Shown here one piece after another: positions 51,621 through 60,923 of a DNA stretch of 64,000 nucleotides. Position numbers and translations under genes: made by a program. This DNA comes from an uncultured Planctomycetaceae bacterium. Its GTDB lineage: Bacteria; Planctomycetota; Planctomycetia; Planctomycetales; Planctomycetaceae. The notes beneath the pieces were generated by a model. That model searched no databases. It was not told where the DNA came from and saw nothing but the letters and a program-made list of their open reading frames with translations. Where the stretch lies: the NCBI GenBank assembly GCA_963976765.1, contig CAXBME010000006.1, forward strand, positions 1 to 64,000. The letters are read 5' to 3'. Position 1 is the first letter of the stretch. Each line of letters opens with the position of its first letter.

Positions 51621-52376
51621 CTACCCGGTGAGTTCTCCTAGGAGGCGCGGCGATTGTGGCCAGGCCTGGCGGACTTGGCCGTCGAGAATGCCGTCTTCTC
51701 GCGGGAGGCCCTGGTCGTTTTTGTAGTATTGCTTGAAGAAGTGCGGGACGTCGAAGGCGGTGCAGTGGTCGTCGATCTGGCGGACCCAGTCCAGGTCCAT
51801 CAGTCGCCGTTCGCCTTTCTTCGCTCGCTCGCAGCCGGTGATAACCCAGTCGAGTGAATCCAGATACGGACGCAGGTCGATGGCTTCGAGGAGTGGCTCG
51901 GCCGAAACGAAGCGGATGGCCGCCGGAAGCTGAGTCAGCAGTTCGACCCGAGCCAGCGACTTGTTGCAGCCAGCCGTCGTGCCCAGCCAGACGTTGGGAT
52001 ATCCGTCGCCCCAGTCGCTCGGCAATCGGTCTTCGATCAGTTCCGGTCTCTTGGTGAGAATCAGCCAGTCGAGCGATTCGCATTCCCGGATGACTTCCCA
52101 GGCTTCGTCCCGCCAGGCATCGGCTCCGGGATGAAAGAAGTCGGACATCGAGCACGTAAACACTCGCAGCCGTTTCCCTGATTGCCTGGCTGCTCGATTC
52201 CAGCGCCGAGGATTGCTCCAGTTCTTCGTCCTCATCGGCCCGCGAAACGGTTCATAGCCCCCGCGCCGCATGATCCCCGAGATGTAACAGAAGTGGCATT
52301 CTTCACTGACCTTGTGACACCCCCACCAGAAGTTCTGAGTGTGGTCCGTCCAGCCAATTTTTGAGTCCTGGGCCAT
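51621..52376 (-). CDS. DUF5131 (phage Gp37/Gp68) family protein
   Basis: SKIGWTDHTQNFWWGCHKVSEECHFCY, FTCSMSDFFH, ILTKRP, FVSAEPLL, WVITGCE, FFKQ. Confidence 0.9.
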   Translation of the reverse strand: MAQDSKIGWTDHTQNFWWGCHKVSEECHFCYISGIMRRGGYEPFRGPMRTKNWSNPRRWNRAARQSGKRLRVFTCSMSDFFHPGADAWRDEAWEVIRECESLDWLILTKRPELIEDRLPSDWGDGYPNVWLGTTAGCNKSLARVELLTQLPAAIRFVSAEPLLEAIDLRPYLDSLDWVITGCERAKKGERRLMDLDWVRQIDDHCTAFDVPHFFKQYYKNDQGLPREDGILDGQVRQAWPQSPRLLGELTG

Positions 52377-52470
52377 TGCTAACTCTGCTCGAACTTCCCT
52401 CAATTTCAACCAATGCCACAGGTGAAAGCCGTAGGGCCGGTACCCACCGCCCATTATGTGTTGCGTCCAA

Positions 52471-52890
52471 CTAGTCGATTCCTTTTGTTGACATCCATTC
52501 GTTTCGTCGTCGTTGCATCGATTGCCTGTATTGCTCTGTCTGAACTTTCAACCCATCCTTGATCCGCATTTCCAGATATCGCATATCGCTCTGAGCCTGA
52601 TCATCAAGTAAAACTCCCCTCACTTGGCGGTCGATTTGATCGAGCGCTTCTTCATATCTTCTCTCAGATACGAGTACTTCTGCACGATGCAATGCGGCTT
52701 CTGCGGTGAGAACATGCTGAACAAAATCGTCAATGTCCTGCTGAGACGTTGTTGAGTAATGAGTTTTCTTCAGAGCTGTCAGATTAGATTGCTGACTCAC
52801 TCTGGCGACCACATATGCGGTCGATACGAGCGTGAACGCAACAATCAATACAGTGACCTGCTGTGTTAGTAGTTTGCTCTGGTATGGCAT
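52471..52890 (-). CDS. Hypothetical protein, N-terminal TM plus helical domain; possible RHS immunity/partner
   Basis: 139-aa ORF directly downstream of the RHS gene; AT-richer DNA. Confidence 0.6.
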   Translation of the reverse strand: MPYQSKLLTQQVTVLIVAFTLVSTAYVVARVSQQSNLTALKKTHYSTTSQQDIDDFVQHVLTAEAALHRAEVLVSERRYEEALDQIDRQVRGVLLDDQAQSDMRYLEMRIKDGLKVQTEQYRQSMQRRRNEWMSTKGID

Positions 52891-52960
52891 CTGACAGCCT
52901 CAACGAAAGCATTTTGATCTGTGCTATGTCAGTATGTCGAAACGATATAACTCAGCGGTT

Positions 52961-54052
52961 TCACGGAGGCGATGGAGGCAAGATTACAGGCTCAGTGACA
53001 GGAGGAGGCGGAAGCGGCAATGGAACGATTATGGTGCTCATCGGAAACCGTGCCGAACAATTGACTGACCAGGATTTGGATGCCAAAGTTGGTGCTGGGA
53101 GAAATCCGGGCCATAACGGCAGCGCATTGCAGACATCCACGACTCCACTCCAGAATTCGAGCCGCATTTCGACAACCATCGACTCTAATGGTCGTAAGCG
53201 CCCATTTAATGGGACAACCCAAAAGCCAGGATAGTCCTCGGCGTAGTACTTGCATCCATTATCATGGTAGGCTTCCAAAAGGTCAGTGCCTGGTGCTCTG
53301 TGTCCGTAGCCACGACCGCTCGTCGGTGAAATGTCCTCAGACCAGACTGGCTCGTTTAGATCATATTGCCAGTTCCCAATCGTTCCATTTGCTGCTGTTA
53401 CTCTGTGCCGAATATATCCTTGAAGGAACTGGCGGTACTCACAACACGTACAGTCAGGGCCAAATCTTGCATCGATCTTTGTGGCCTGAACCATTCCCAG
53501 CTCCAAGCCCGGCGTACGGCCAGTGTTAACCCACTGGAGATTACAAGTGCGTTCCGTTGCTACATTCAGAACTGCGCTTTCGCAAAGGGGAACGCAAAAA
53601 AGCCCGCTTGGGTCAATCAGGCTAAGCGGGTTGTTATTTGCATAGCCATAAAAATTCTGAGGCCAGTGAGAGTAATAAGGATCTTCTGAGATCCATTTAC
53701 CAGAGGGTGCTGAATAATGTCGCCTGCGAATATAGAAGTGAGAGCTTGGCGAACTCTGGTACCCAGTCTTTCCGACCCATGTATACGGCGTTTCTGTTGT
53801 TCCAATTCGACTAACTTCTTCACCAAACGCTGAATACCTGAATGTGTCCGTGACTTCCTCGGAGGAATCTGTCAGCTCAGTCGTCGAGCCGAGGCCATCG
53901 TAATGGTGATGGTAAGTCTCGCCGGCTCGAGTTTCACTGTTCAGGCTGCCGAACTGATCCGGTTGTCGGTTGTAGCTTGCCGTGACAGTACCCTGATCGT
54001 CCGTTTCCGCTATGACAGCATCGTCGTCCCATATGTAATATGTCTTCGCCAT
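52961..54052 (-). CDS. Short RHS repeat-associated core protein with variable Cys-rich C-terminal domain
   Basis: HYDGLGST, YSAFGE, RRHYSAPSGKWISEDP, YGYANNNPLSLIDPSGL; GGAGG RBS. Confidence 0.9.
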   Translation of the reverse strand: MAKTYYIWDDDAVIAETDDQGTVTASYNRQPDQFGSLNSETRAGETYHHHYDGLGSTTELTDSSEEVTDTFRYSAFGEEVSRIGTTETPYTWVGKTGYQSSPSSHFYIRRRHYSAPSGKWISEDPYYSHWPQNFYGYANNNPLSLIDPSGLFCVPLCESAVLNVATERTCNLQWVNTGRTPGLELGMVQATKIDARFGPDCTCCEYRQFLQGYIRHRVTAANGTIGNWQYDLNEPVWSEDISPTSGRGYGHRAPGTDLLEAYHDNGCKYYAEDYPGFWVVPLNGRLRPLESMVVEMRLEFWSGVVDVCNALPLWPGFLPAPTLASKSWSVNCSARFPMSTIIVPLPLPPPPVTEPVILPPSPP

Positions 54053-54297
54053 CCTGTATTCCTCCGAAACGTCCGTCTGCGATGAATTCCATGCTTGCGG
54101 ATTACGCTATACTGGCCTGATGGCATTGTCTACAGATTTTCATCGGTAAACCCTTCATTTGAGGGTGGCACAGCCACAATGGCTGTGTGTCCGAAGGTCA
54201 GGATGCCACGCCCTCAGCTTGCAGTAACAATCAAATGGATGTCTAAATCGAAGACGAAGCATCCTATCGATACGCGACCTGCCGATATTTAAGAAGA

Positions 54298-54364
54298 AAC
54301 CACGAAAAGACGAAATGACACGAAAGGCAAAACCTGTTTCGTGTATTTCGTTTCTTTCGTGGTT
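54298..54364. repeat. 9-nt-periodic palindrome (CACGAAA type), right border of accessory cassette
   Basis: aaccacgaaaagacgaaatgacacgaaa ... tttcgtgtatttcgtttctttcgtggtt. Confidence 0.8.
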
Positions 54365-54393
54365 CTAAATTCTCAGCTTGTCTCGATGAAAGA

Positions 54394-55296
54394 TCAGCTA
54401 CCCTTGCGAGCGATGGCTTCCTGCATGGCTTTGCCCATGTCGGCGGGGCTTTGGGCGACGACGACTCCGACGGCTTCCAGAGCTTCCATTTTTTCGGCGG
54501 CTGTTCCGGCTCCGCCTGAGATGATGGCTCCGGCGTGGCCCATGCGTTTGCCTGGAGGGGCTGTCTGGCCAGCGATGAATCCGGCGACCGGCTTCGTGAC
54601 GTGATCCTTGATGTAGTTGGCGGCCTGAATTTCAGCGTCGCCGCCGATTTCGCCGATCATCATGATGGCTTCCGTGCCAGGGTCGTTTTCGAACATCTCC
54701 AGCAGGTCGATGAAGTCGGTTCCGATGATCGGGTCTCCGCCGATGCCGATGGCGGTTGACTGGCCGAGCCCCAGGTTGCCGAGCTGCCAGGCGGCTTCGT
54801 AAGTCAGCGTACCGCTCTTACTGATCAGGCCGACGGGGCCGGATGAGTGAATGTATCCCGGCATGATGCCGATCTTGGCAACGCCTGGCGTGATGACTCC
54901 AGGGCAGTTTGGTCCGATCAGTCGTGCGTTGGTCTTGGCCAGGAAGTTCGACACTTTGACCATGTCGAGCGTCGGGATGCCTTCGGTGATCGCCACGATC
55001 AGCTCGATGCCCGAGTCGGCGGCTTCGATGATGGCGTCTCCGCAGAACGGCGGCGGGACAAAGATCATCGTCGCGTTGGCGCCGGTTTTCTCGACGGCTT
55101 CGGCGACCGAGTTGAACACGGGGAATTCGTCGACCGTCTGGCCGCCTTTGCCCGGCGTGACTCCACCGACGAAGACGTCGCTGTCCGTGCGGACTTCGCG
55201 AGCGTACTCGCGACACTTCTGAGAGTGAAACAGCCCCGCTTTACCGGTGATGCCCTGACAGATAACTCGCGTGTCTTTATTGACAAGAATGCTCAT
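54394..55296 (-). CDS. sucD: Succinyl-CoA synthetase alpha subunit
   Basis: [37 protein letters not shown]. Confidence 0.97.
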   Translation of the reverse strand: MSILVNKDTRVICQGITGKAGLFHSQKCREYAREVRTDSDVFVGGVTPGKGGQTVDEFPVFNSVAEAVEKTGANATMIFVPPPFCGDAIIEAADSGIELIVAITEGIPTLDMVKVSNFLAKTNARLIGPNCPGVITPGVAKIGIMPGYIHSSGPVGLISKSGTLTYEAAWQLGNLGLGQSTAIGIGGDPIIGTDFIDLLEMFENDPGTEAIMMIGEIGGDAEIQAANYIKDHVTKPVAGFIAGQTAPPGKRMGHAGAIISGGAGTAAEKMEALEAVGVVVAQSPADMGKAMQEAIARKGS

Positions 55297-55334
55297 GGTA
55301 ATCGTCAAACGTTATAAGTTGAGTAATGTGATGT

Positions 55335-55874
55335 TTATGTCTCAGGCGAAATTCGCCATTTGCCGTCAAAGTAGACCCAGAATTCTGCTGTGTGGTGACT
55401 ATTCGGTCGTGTCATGAAACTTGCCGCGCGGCCATTCAGGAGCCATTTCGGCTCGGCCTGAAGACTGGCCTTCAGCGTCCGGCCGAATCGTTCAACGAAG
55501 TCTTTTCGCCGAGCAGGATTATCGCGTACCGCCTTGCTAAAGAAGGAGTCAACCGTGTCCGTTCCCGGTGTACCGACGACCGGGGCAAACCAGAATGGAT
55601 TGATATATTCTTCGAAGAAACGATCAATTTGATCGTTTTCCAGCAAAGCGTTTGCGCCGGAGATCGCTTTTCGAAGAGACTTAACACGAGCTGCTTCATC
55701 TTGTTTGGTTGGATCAGGATCAACCGGCTTAGCCACAGTTGCAAAATGAAACTTGAGACTGGTCGGTGCATCGGGTTCTTGAGCAACGACACGTGTTGCT
55801 AATGCGACAGCAAACCCCACAACACATACAGTGAAAAATTGTGCGGCAACGGGTGTTGAAAAATTGATTCTCAT
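55335..55874 (-). CDS. Hypothetical secreted protein between sucC and sucD
   Basis: 179-aa ORF with signal peptide, C-terminal FDGKWRI; AT-richer than its flanks. Confidence 0.7.
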   Translation of the reverse strand: MRINFSTPVAAQFFTVCVVGFAVALATRVVAQEPDAPTSLKFHFATVAKPVDPDPTKQDEAARVKSLRKAISGANALLENDQIDRFFEEYINPFWFAPVVGTPGTDTVDSFFSKAVRDNPARRKDFVERFGRTLKASLQAEPKWLLNGRAASFMTRPNSHHTAEFWVYFDGKWRISPET

Positions 55875-55895
55875 TGCATTATCCCAGAATTAGAC

Positions 55896-57083
55896 TCAAG
55901 CGCTGATGGACGCGACGACTTTCTGAGCGGCGTCGGTCAGGTCGGTCGCGGCGATGATGTCTTTGCCGCTTTCGGCGAGCATCGTGCGAGCTTTCTCGAC
56001 GTTGGTTCCTTCGAGGCGGACAACCAGCGGTACGGTGAAGCCAACCTGGTCGTATGCCAGCAGCAGTGCCTCGACGATGACGTCGCATTTCATGATGCCA
56101 CCGAAGATGTTGACCAGCACGGCCTTCACGTTGTCATCGGCGAGGATGATGCGGAAGGCTTCGGTCACCTGCTCGACGTTCGCTCCGCCGCCGACGTCCA
56201 GGAAGTTGGCCGGTTCGCCGCCGTGGTGCTTGATCAGGTCCATGGTGCTCATGGCCAGCCCGGCTCCGTTGACCAGGCAGCCGATGGTGCCTTCAAGTTT
56301 GACGTAACTCAGACCGGCATCGCCCGCTTTGACTTCTGATTCGTCTTCTTCGCTGAGATCCCGCAGTTCGAGCAGTTCTTTGTGCCGGAACAGAGCGTTG
56401 TCGTCAAAGCCGACTTTTGCATCGAGTGCGACGAACTCGCCCGAGGCCGTAACGACCAGCGGGTTGATTTCGACCTGCGTGCAGTCGTTGTCGGTGAAGA
56501 ACTTCGCCAGCTTCGGCAGGAATTTCTGAGCACTGCCCATCGCGACGGCATCCAGTCCCAACCCGTGAGCGACTTTGCGAACCTGCGCGGCTTGCAGACC
56601 ATAGCCGCCATCGATGCTGCAGTTCAGGATTTTCTCCGGGGAGTTGTGAGCGACCTCTTCGATCTCGGTCCCACCCTCGGACGACATGATCAACACAGGT
56701 CCGCCAGCGGCTCGGTCAACGACCACACCCGCGTACAATTCCTGAGCGATGTCCAGGCCGGCTTCGACCAAAAGCGTGTTGACCTGCTTGCCTTCTTCAC
56801 CGGTCTGAATCGTGACCAGCGTGTTGCCCAGCATCAGCTCGGCATTTTTGCGAGCTTCGTCGGCGGACCGAACCAGCACGACGCCCGGCTGATCGGGTTG
56901 TTCCTTGAACCGGCCCTTGCCGCGTCCACCGGCGTGAATCTGTGCTTTGACGACGGCCAGCGTTCCGCCCAACTTCTCAAACGCTGCCGCTGCTTCGTCG
57001 GCAGTTTTGGCGACAATGCCGTCCGGGACGGTGACGCCAGCGGCCTTGAGCAGTTGTTTGGCCTGATATTCGTGAATTTTCAT
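55896..57083 (-). CDS. sucC: Succinyl-CoA synthetase beta subunit
   Basis: [47 protein letters not shown]. Confidence 0.97.
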   Translation of the reverse strand: MKIHEYQAKQLLKAAGVTVPDGIVAKTADEAAAAFEKLGGTLAVVKAQIHAGGRGKGRFKEQPDQPGVVLVRSADEARKNAELMLGNTLVTIQTGEEGKQVNTLLVEAGLDIAQELYAGVVVDRAAGGPVLIMSSEGGTEIEEVAHNSPEKILNCSIDGGYGLQAAQVRKVAHGLGLDAVAMGSAQKFLPKLAKFFTDNDCTQVEINPLVVTASGEFVALDAKVGFDDNALFRHKELLELRDLSEEDESEVKAGDAGLSYVKLEGTIGCLVNGAGLAMSTMDLIKHHGGEPANFLDVGGGANVEQVTEAFRIILADDNVKAVLVNIFGGIMKCDVIVEALLLAYDQVGFTVPLVVRLEGTNVEKARTMLAESGKDIIAATDLTDAAQKVVASISA

Positions 57084-57353
57084 CGCGATCTGTCCGCTCG
57101 AATAAAGTTGCTGCCACAGGTTTCTCGTGAGCCGAACGTGCTCGTGCCGGACGTCAAAGTGATGTCCGCAGGTAACGACGTCAGTTCAGAGGTAAAACGC
57201 CGGTCGAGCACCGACCGAGCGAAAGCGAGGCGATGATAGCGGCGGCTCGAAACCCATGCCAGAGTCGCAAACTGCTCGAATGCAGTCCCTTAAGAGCATG
57301 CCTGGAGCGGAGGTGTGGATGTATTCTTCGGAAACTCCTGAAAACAATTGAGA

Positions 57354-57420
57354 CACAGGGAGTACCGAGTTCTCAGAGAAAGCGGCAGGCACAAACTCTG
57401 TGTCCTCGGTACTCCCTGTG
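57354..57420. repeat. 9-nt-periodic intergenic palindrome (CACAGxG type)
   Basis: cacagggagtaccgagttctcagag ... ctctgtgtcctcggtactccctgtg. Confidence 0.75.
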
Positions 57421-57812
57421 ACGAAAATTGTCTTGACGCGAAGAGAGCATCCGATGAACGTCCGAGTCAGACTCGGAGACAAATTCTGGTCGAACCACCA
57501 CTACAACAAAGCTTCGGATTCGTCGCCCAGTGTCAACAGTTCGTACCGGTTATTCGGAGTGCCGCGATTGTTCGGTCGTCGATGAAGACGGGCTTCAACG
57601 CACAGACCTACTTGCAGATTGACGTGGAGCACGCCGGCTGACTCTTCCGAATAGATAAAGCATGCGACATACGTAGGATGCAGTGTCCCGGTCGTGTCGC
57701 GGAGTCGCTCGAATTCTTCCACAGCGGTCAGCCTGATCAGGACGATTCATCCTCTGGCCGCGATTCCGTTGCGGAATCACCCACCGAGACTGCCAACAGG
57801 AGACTGGCCATT

Positions 57813-59492
57813 ATGTTTTCGAGGATTCGCCGGCCACGGATTGCCTCCCTTTGCCTGGGCGCGGTTGTTGCTTCTTTCGGAGCAACTTCTGTCGACGCAG
57901 CCAAGCCTGCCAGCACACCCGCATCGCTGTTTCCGAGTTCGCGGCCGGAAGTCATCAGGCAGACTGCCGCGACGCTGCAGGAGATTCATCGCAAAGATCT
58001 TCCGCAGCTGATCAACGACGCCGTGTCGATCACATCTCGACGTTACCTCACGGCCGACGTTCACACACCCTGGCAGATCATGCACGGCCTGCTGGCTCTG
58101 CGCGATCAGTATCAGATCAAAGTTGGCAACGAAAAAGTTTCGGCCCTCAACTGGCTGACTCAGCGGCGTTACTACAAAGGTGAGCCGATTGTCGAACACA
58201 CGCCTCACGGCGGACGCTTCCACACATTCACCGAGCCGTACGCTTTCGAAGGTCATCCAAATCAGTTTCTGGCCATCGCGACGATGTCGGAATTGCCGGT
58301 CGACTTTGCATTTAACACGACGGTCGGCGGTCAGGTCACGATTCAGGACATGATCAACCACGCGAAGGCCGACGTGAACGATCGCGAAGAAATCACCTGG
58401 ACGCTGTGGGCTCTTTCCCGATACCTGCCAACCGATAGCGAATGGTTCAGCGCCGCCGGGGAGCCGTGGAGCATTGAACGGCTCGTCCAGATTCAAACCT
58501 ACGCCAATCCCGACGAGGCCGCTTGCGGCGGGACTCACGGATTATTCGCGCTGTCGCTGGCTCGAAACTCGTACCTGTCAACAGGCCAACCGCTGCGAGG
58601 CATCTGGCTGGAAGCTGATCAGAAGATCAAACGCTTCATCGCCAAAGCAAAGTCGTTGCAGAATCCGGACGGCACGTTCTCAACCGAATACTTCAAAGGC
58701 CCTGGCGAAAGCACGGACTTCGGCAAACGCATCGCGACTTCCGGACACATCCTTGAGTTTCTGATGGTTGCCGCTCAGGACGATCAGCTTCAACAGGAGT
58801 GGATGCAGAAAGCAATTTTCGCCGTCGCCAACGACCTTGTTGAAAACCGTAAAGAAGCGGCCGACTGCGGACCTCTTTACCATGCTCTGCATGCCCTGGT
58901 GCTCTACCGTCAGCGAGCCGGCATTCAGGAAACGACGTCAGACATCGCCGTCGCAACTCCAAAGAAAACCGCCGCAGAAAATTCGACTGACTCGGCAACG
59001 ACGCCGTCGGATGCCAAGCCTGAAATTAAAACTGCTCCGCCGAAACCTTCAAGGATCGCCGCTGGCGATGCCAAACCAATCGACGATGTGCCGTTTCTCA
59101 AGGAAGTCCCACCACTCGCGAAACGGGAATCGCCCGGCACTTTGCAGCCGCTCAGCAACGTCGAAGTCGATTCTCCAGAGAACGAGCCGACCGCCAGCGA
59201 CTCAGCAACCAGCGGACCGGCTTCCGACGCTCCTTCGAAATTCGATAACGGAGTCGCCAGGCCGATCGCTCCTGTGAAAGAGAAGGAAGAAGTCGCCACG
59301 AAATCTGAATCGGTCACGAAGCCGTCAGATGAACCGGCAGCGTCCGAAGACGGCGAATCCAAAACTGGCGACTCTGTGGCAACCCCGGACGTTGCTTACC
59401 GGCAGCCGGAAGACAATGCCTACAAAGTCTCCGACGGTGGACCTGGTTCCGAGAATGTCTCTGAAATCCCGCTGCCACCAACCGAAGACTGA
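57813..59492 (+). CDS. Hypothetical secreted protein with low-complexity acidic C-terminal tail
   Basis: AGGAG RBS; signal peptide; PWQIMH, EGHPNQFLA, ACGGTHGL, SGHILEFL, GPLYHALH. Confidence 0.8.
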   Translation: MFSRIRRPRIASLCLGAVVASFGATSVDAAKPASTPASLFPSSRPEVIRQTAATLQEIHRKDLPQLINDAVSITSRRYLTADVHTPWQIMHGLLALRDQYQIKVGNEKVSALNWLTQRRYYKGEPIVEHTPHGGRFHTFTEPYAFEGHPNQFLAIATMSELPVDFAFNTTVGGQVTIQDMINHAKADVNDREEITWTLWALSRYLPTDSEWFSAAGEPWSIERLVQIQTYANPDEAACGGTHGLFALSLARNSYLSTGQPLRGIWLEADQKIKRFIAKAKSLQNPDGTFSTEYFKGPGESTDFGKRIATSGHILEFLMVAAQDDQLQQEWMQKAIFAVANDLVENRKEAADCGPLYHALHALVLYRQRAGIQETTSDIAVATPKKTAAENSTDSATTPSDAKPEIKTAPPKPSRIAAGDAKPIDDVPFLKEVPPLAKRESPGTLQPLSNVEVDSPENEPTASDSATSGPASDAPSKFDNGVARPIAPVKEKEEVATKSESVTKPSDEPAASEDGESKTGDSVATPDVAYRQPEDNAYKVSDGGPGSENVSEIPLPPTED

Positions 59493-59517
59493 TCCGGTTC
59501 CAGACCATTACTGACAG

Positions 59518-59555
59518 AAGCTCGCCCGTGCAATTTTGTGCGGGCGAGCTTTTTG
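59518..59555 (+). terminator. Rho-independent terminator
   Basis: aagctcgcccg-tgcaattttgtg-cgggcgagctt followed by T run, 26 nt after the stop. Confidence 0.8.
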
Positions 59556-59860
59556 CGTTCTGGCAGGATCTCCGGGTGGCCCCACCAGAATGACTGGTTG
59601 CCGCAGCAAGCAGGGGATCTATTGAGAGAACTCACCGCGAAGCGAAAAAGCAAGCAGTCGCACTCCGATTCGAAATGCCAGGAACGGCAGGACGGCAACA
59701 GCAAGCAGTCTGGCATGAGCAGTACGTCGCTTCGGTAGTTCTTGCCAGGACAACTTGCCGGAGCGGCGCCGAGCCTGTTTCAGTCTGCAATTGCACCGAC
59801 ATGCGAGGCGTTGCACACTCTGCAAGGATCATCAACAGTCGTTTCGAAAGGTCGGTCAAC

Positions 59861-60856
59861 GTGTTGCGTCCTATCGGTTTTGTACTTGTTTATTTCTTCG
59901 CAGGAAGCAGTTTCGCCGACGATCCTGCAACGCCGTCGGTTCACGGCAACTCGGTGGTGCGTGGGTCGTTGAGGAATTCAGAAATCGTCATCAGGACGAC
60001 TTCACGATTGGCGGGAGCGATTGATTCTTTGACCTGGAACGGGCAGGAATTTATCAACAGCGCCGACCACGGTCGGCAGTTGCAGTCAGCATCGAATCTC
60101 GATTTCGGTTCGAAGATGACTCCCGAGTCTTTTAATCCTACCGAAGCTGGTTCGCGCCTCGACGGAGCCGGGAAGACTTCCACGAGCCGACTCCTGCATC
60201 TCATTGCGGACGGAAACCGACTTCAAACGACGAACCAGATGGCGTTCTGGCTGGCTCCAGGTCAGAAGTCTGGCGGCATCCACCTCGCAAAAAACACAAC
60301 GACGCTTTCGAATCATCTGCTGACCAAACGCGTGCAGATTGGATGGAAGGATCTGCCAAACGTCATCACGTACGACGTGACGTTCGGGCTGCCGATCAAC
60401 GAGCATCATCGCTACGCACAGTTCGAAGTCGTGACTGGCTACATGCCGCCGGAGTTTGAAACGTTCCTGAAGTTCAATCCGGAGTCCGGCGACTTCGAAC
60501 CTCTCACGGACGGGCCGGGCGAGCAGCCCTGGCCGGTCACCCTTTCAACAGCCGACGGTCAATTCGCGATGGGCATTTACACGCCGAATCGACCGGGAGA
60601 AAACTGGACTGGCCCCGGCTACGGACGCTTCCGCTTCCCTCCGCAGAAAGTTGTGAAGTGGAACTGCGTCTTCCGTTACCGAGTCAGCGAGGGCGTGCCT
60701 GCGGGTGACTATTCTTTTCGCACGTTCGTCATCATTGGGACAAAAGAAATGGTCCGCTCAGCAATGCGTCGCCTTCATACAGAACCGACCTCGCTTCCCG
60801 GCCAGCCTGACAGAACACAGGAACGGATCGTGCCTTTCGTTGACGAGCGCGAATAG
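59861..60856 (+). CDS. Hypothetical secreted protein
   Basis: GTG start with signal peptide; AGAIDSLTWNGQEFINSADHGRQLQSA, FNPTEAGS. Confidence 0.75.
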   Translation: MLRPIGFVLVYFFAGSSFADDPATPSVHGNSVVRGSLRNSEIVIRTTSRLAGAIDSLTWNGQEFINSADHGRQLQSASNLDFGSKMTPESFNPTEAGSRLDGAGKTSTSRLLHLIADGNRLQTTNQMAFWLAPGQKSGGIHLAKNTTTLSNHLLTKRVQIGWKDLPNVITYDVTFGLPINEHHRYAQFEVVTGYMPPEFETFLKFNPESGDFEPLTDGPGEQPWPVTLSTADGQFAMGIYTPNRPGENWTGPGYGRFRFPPQKVVKWNCVFRYRVSEGVPAGDYSFRTFVIIGTKEMVRSAMRRLHTEPTSLPGQPDRTQERIVPFVDERE

Positions 60857-60923
60857 TGACTGACCTGCGGTTGGCTCTGTGCCGGAATTGCAACAGGACT
60901 GCCCGTTGATGGAAAGTTGGATC

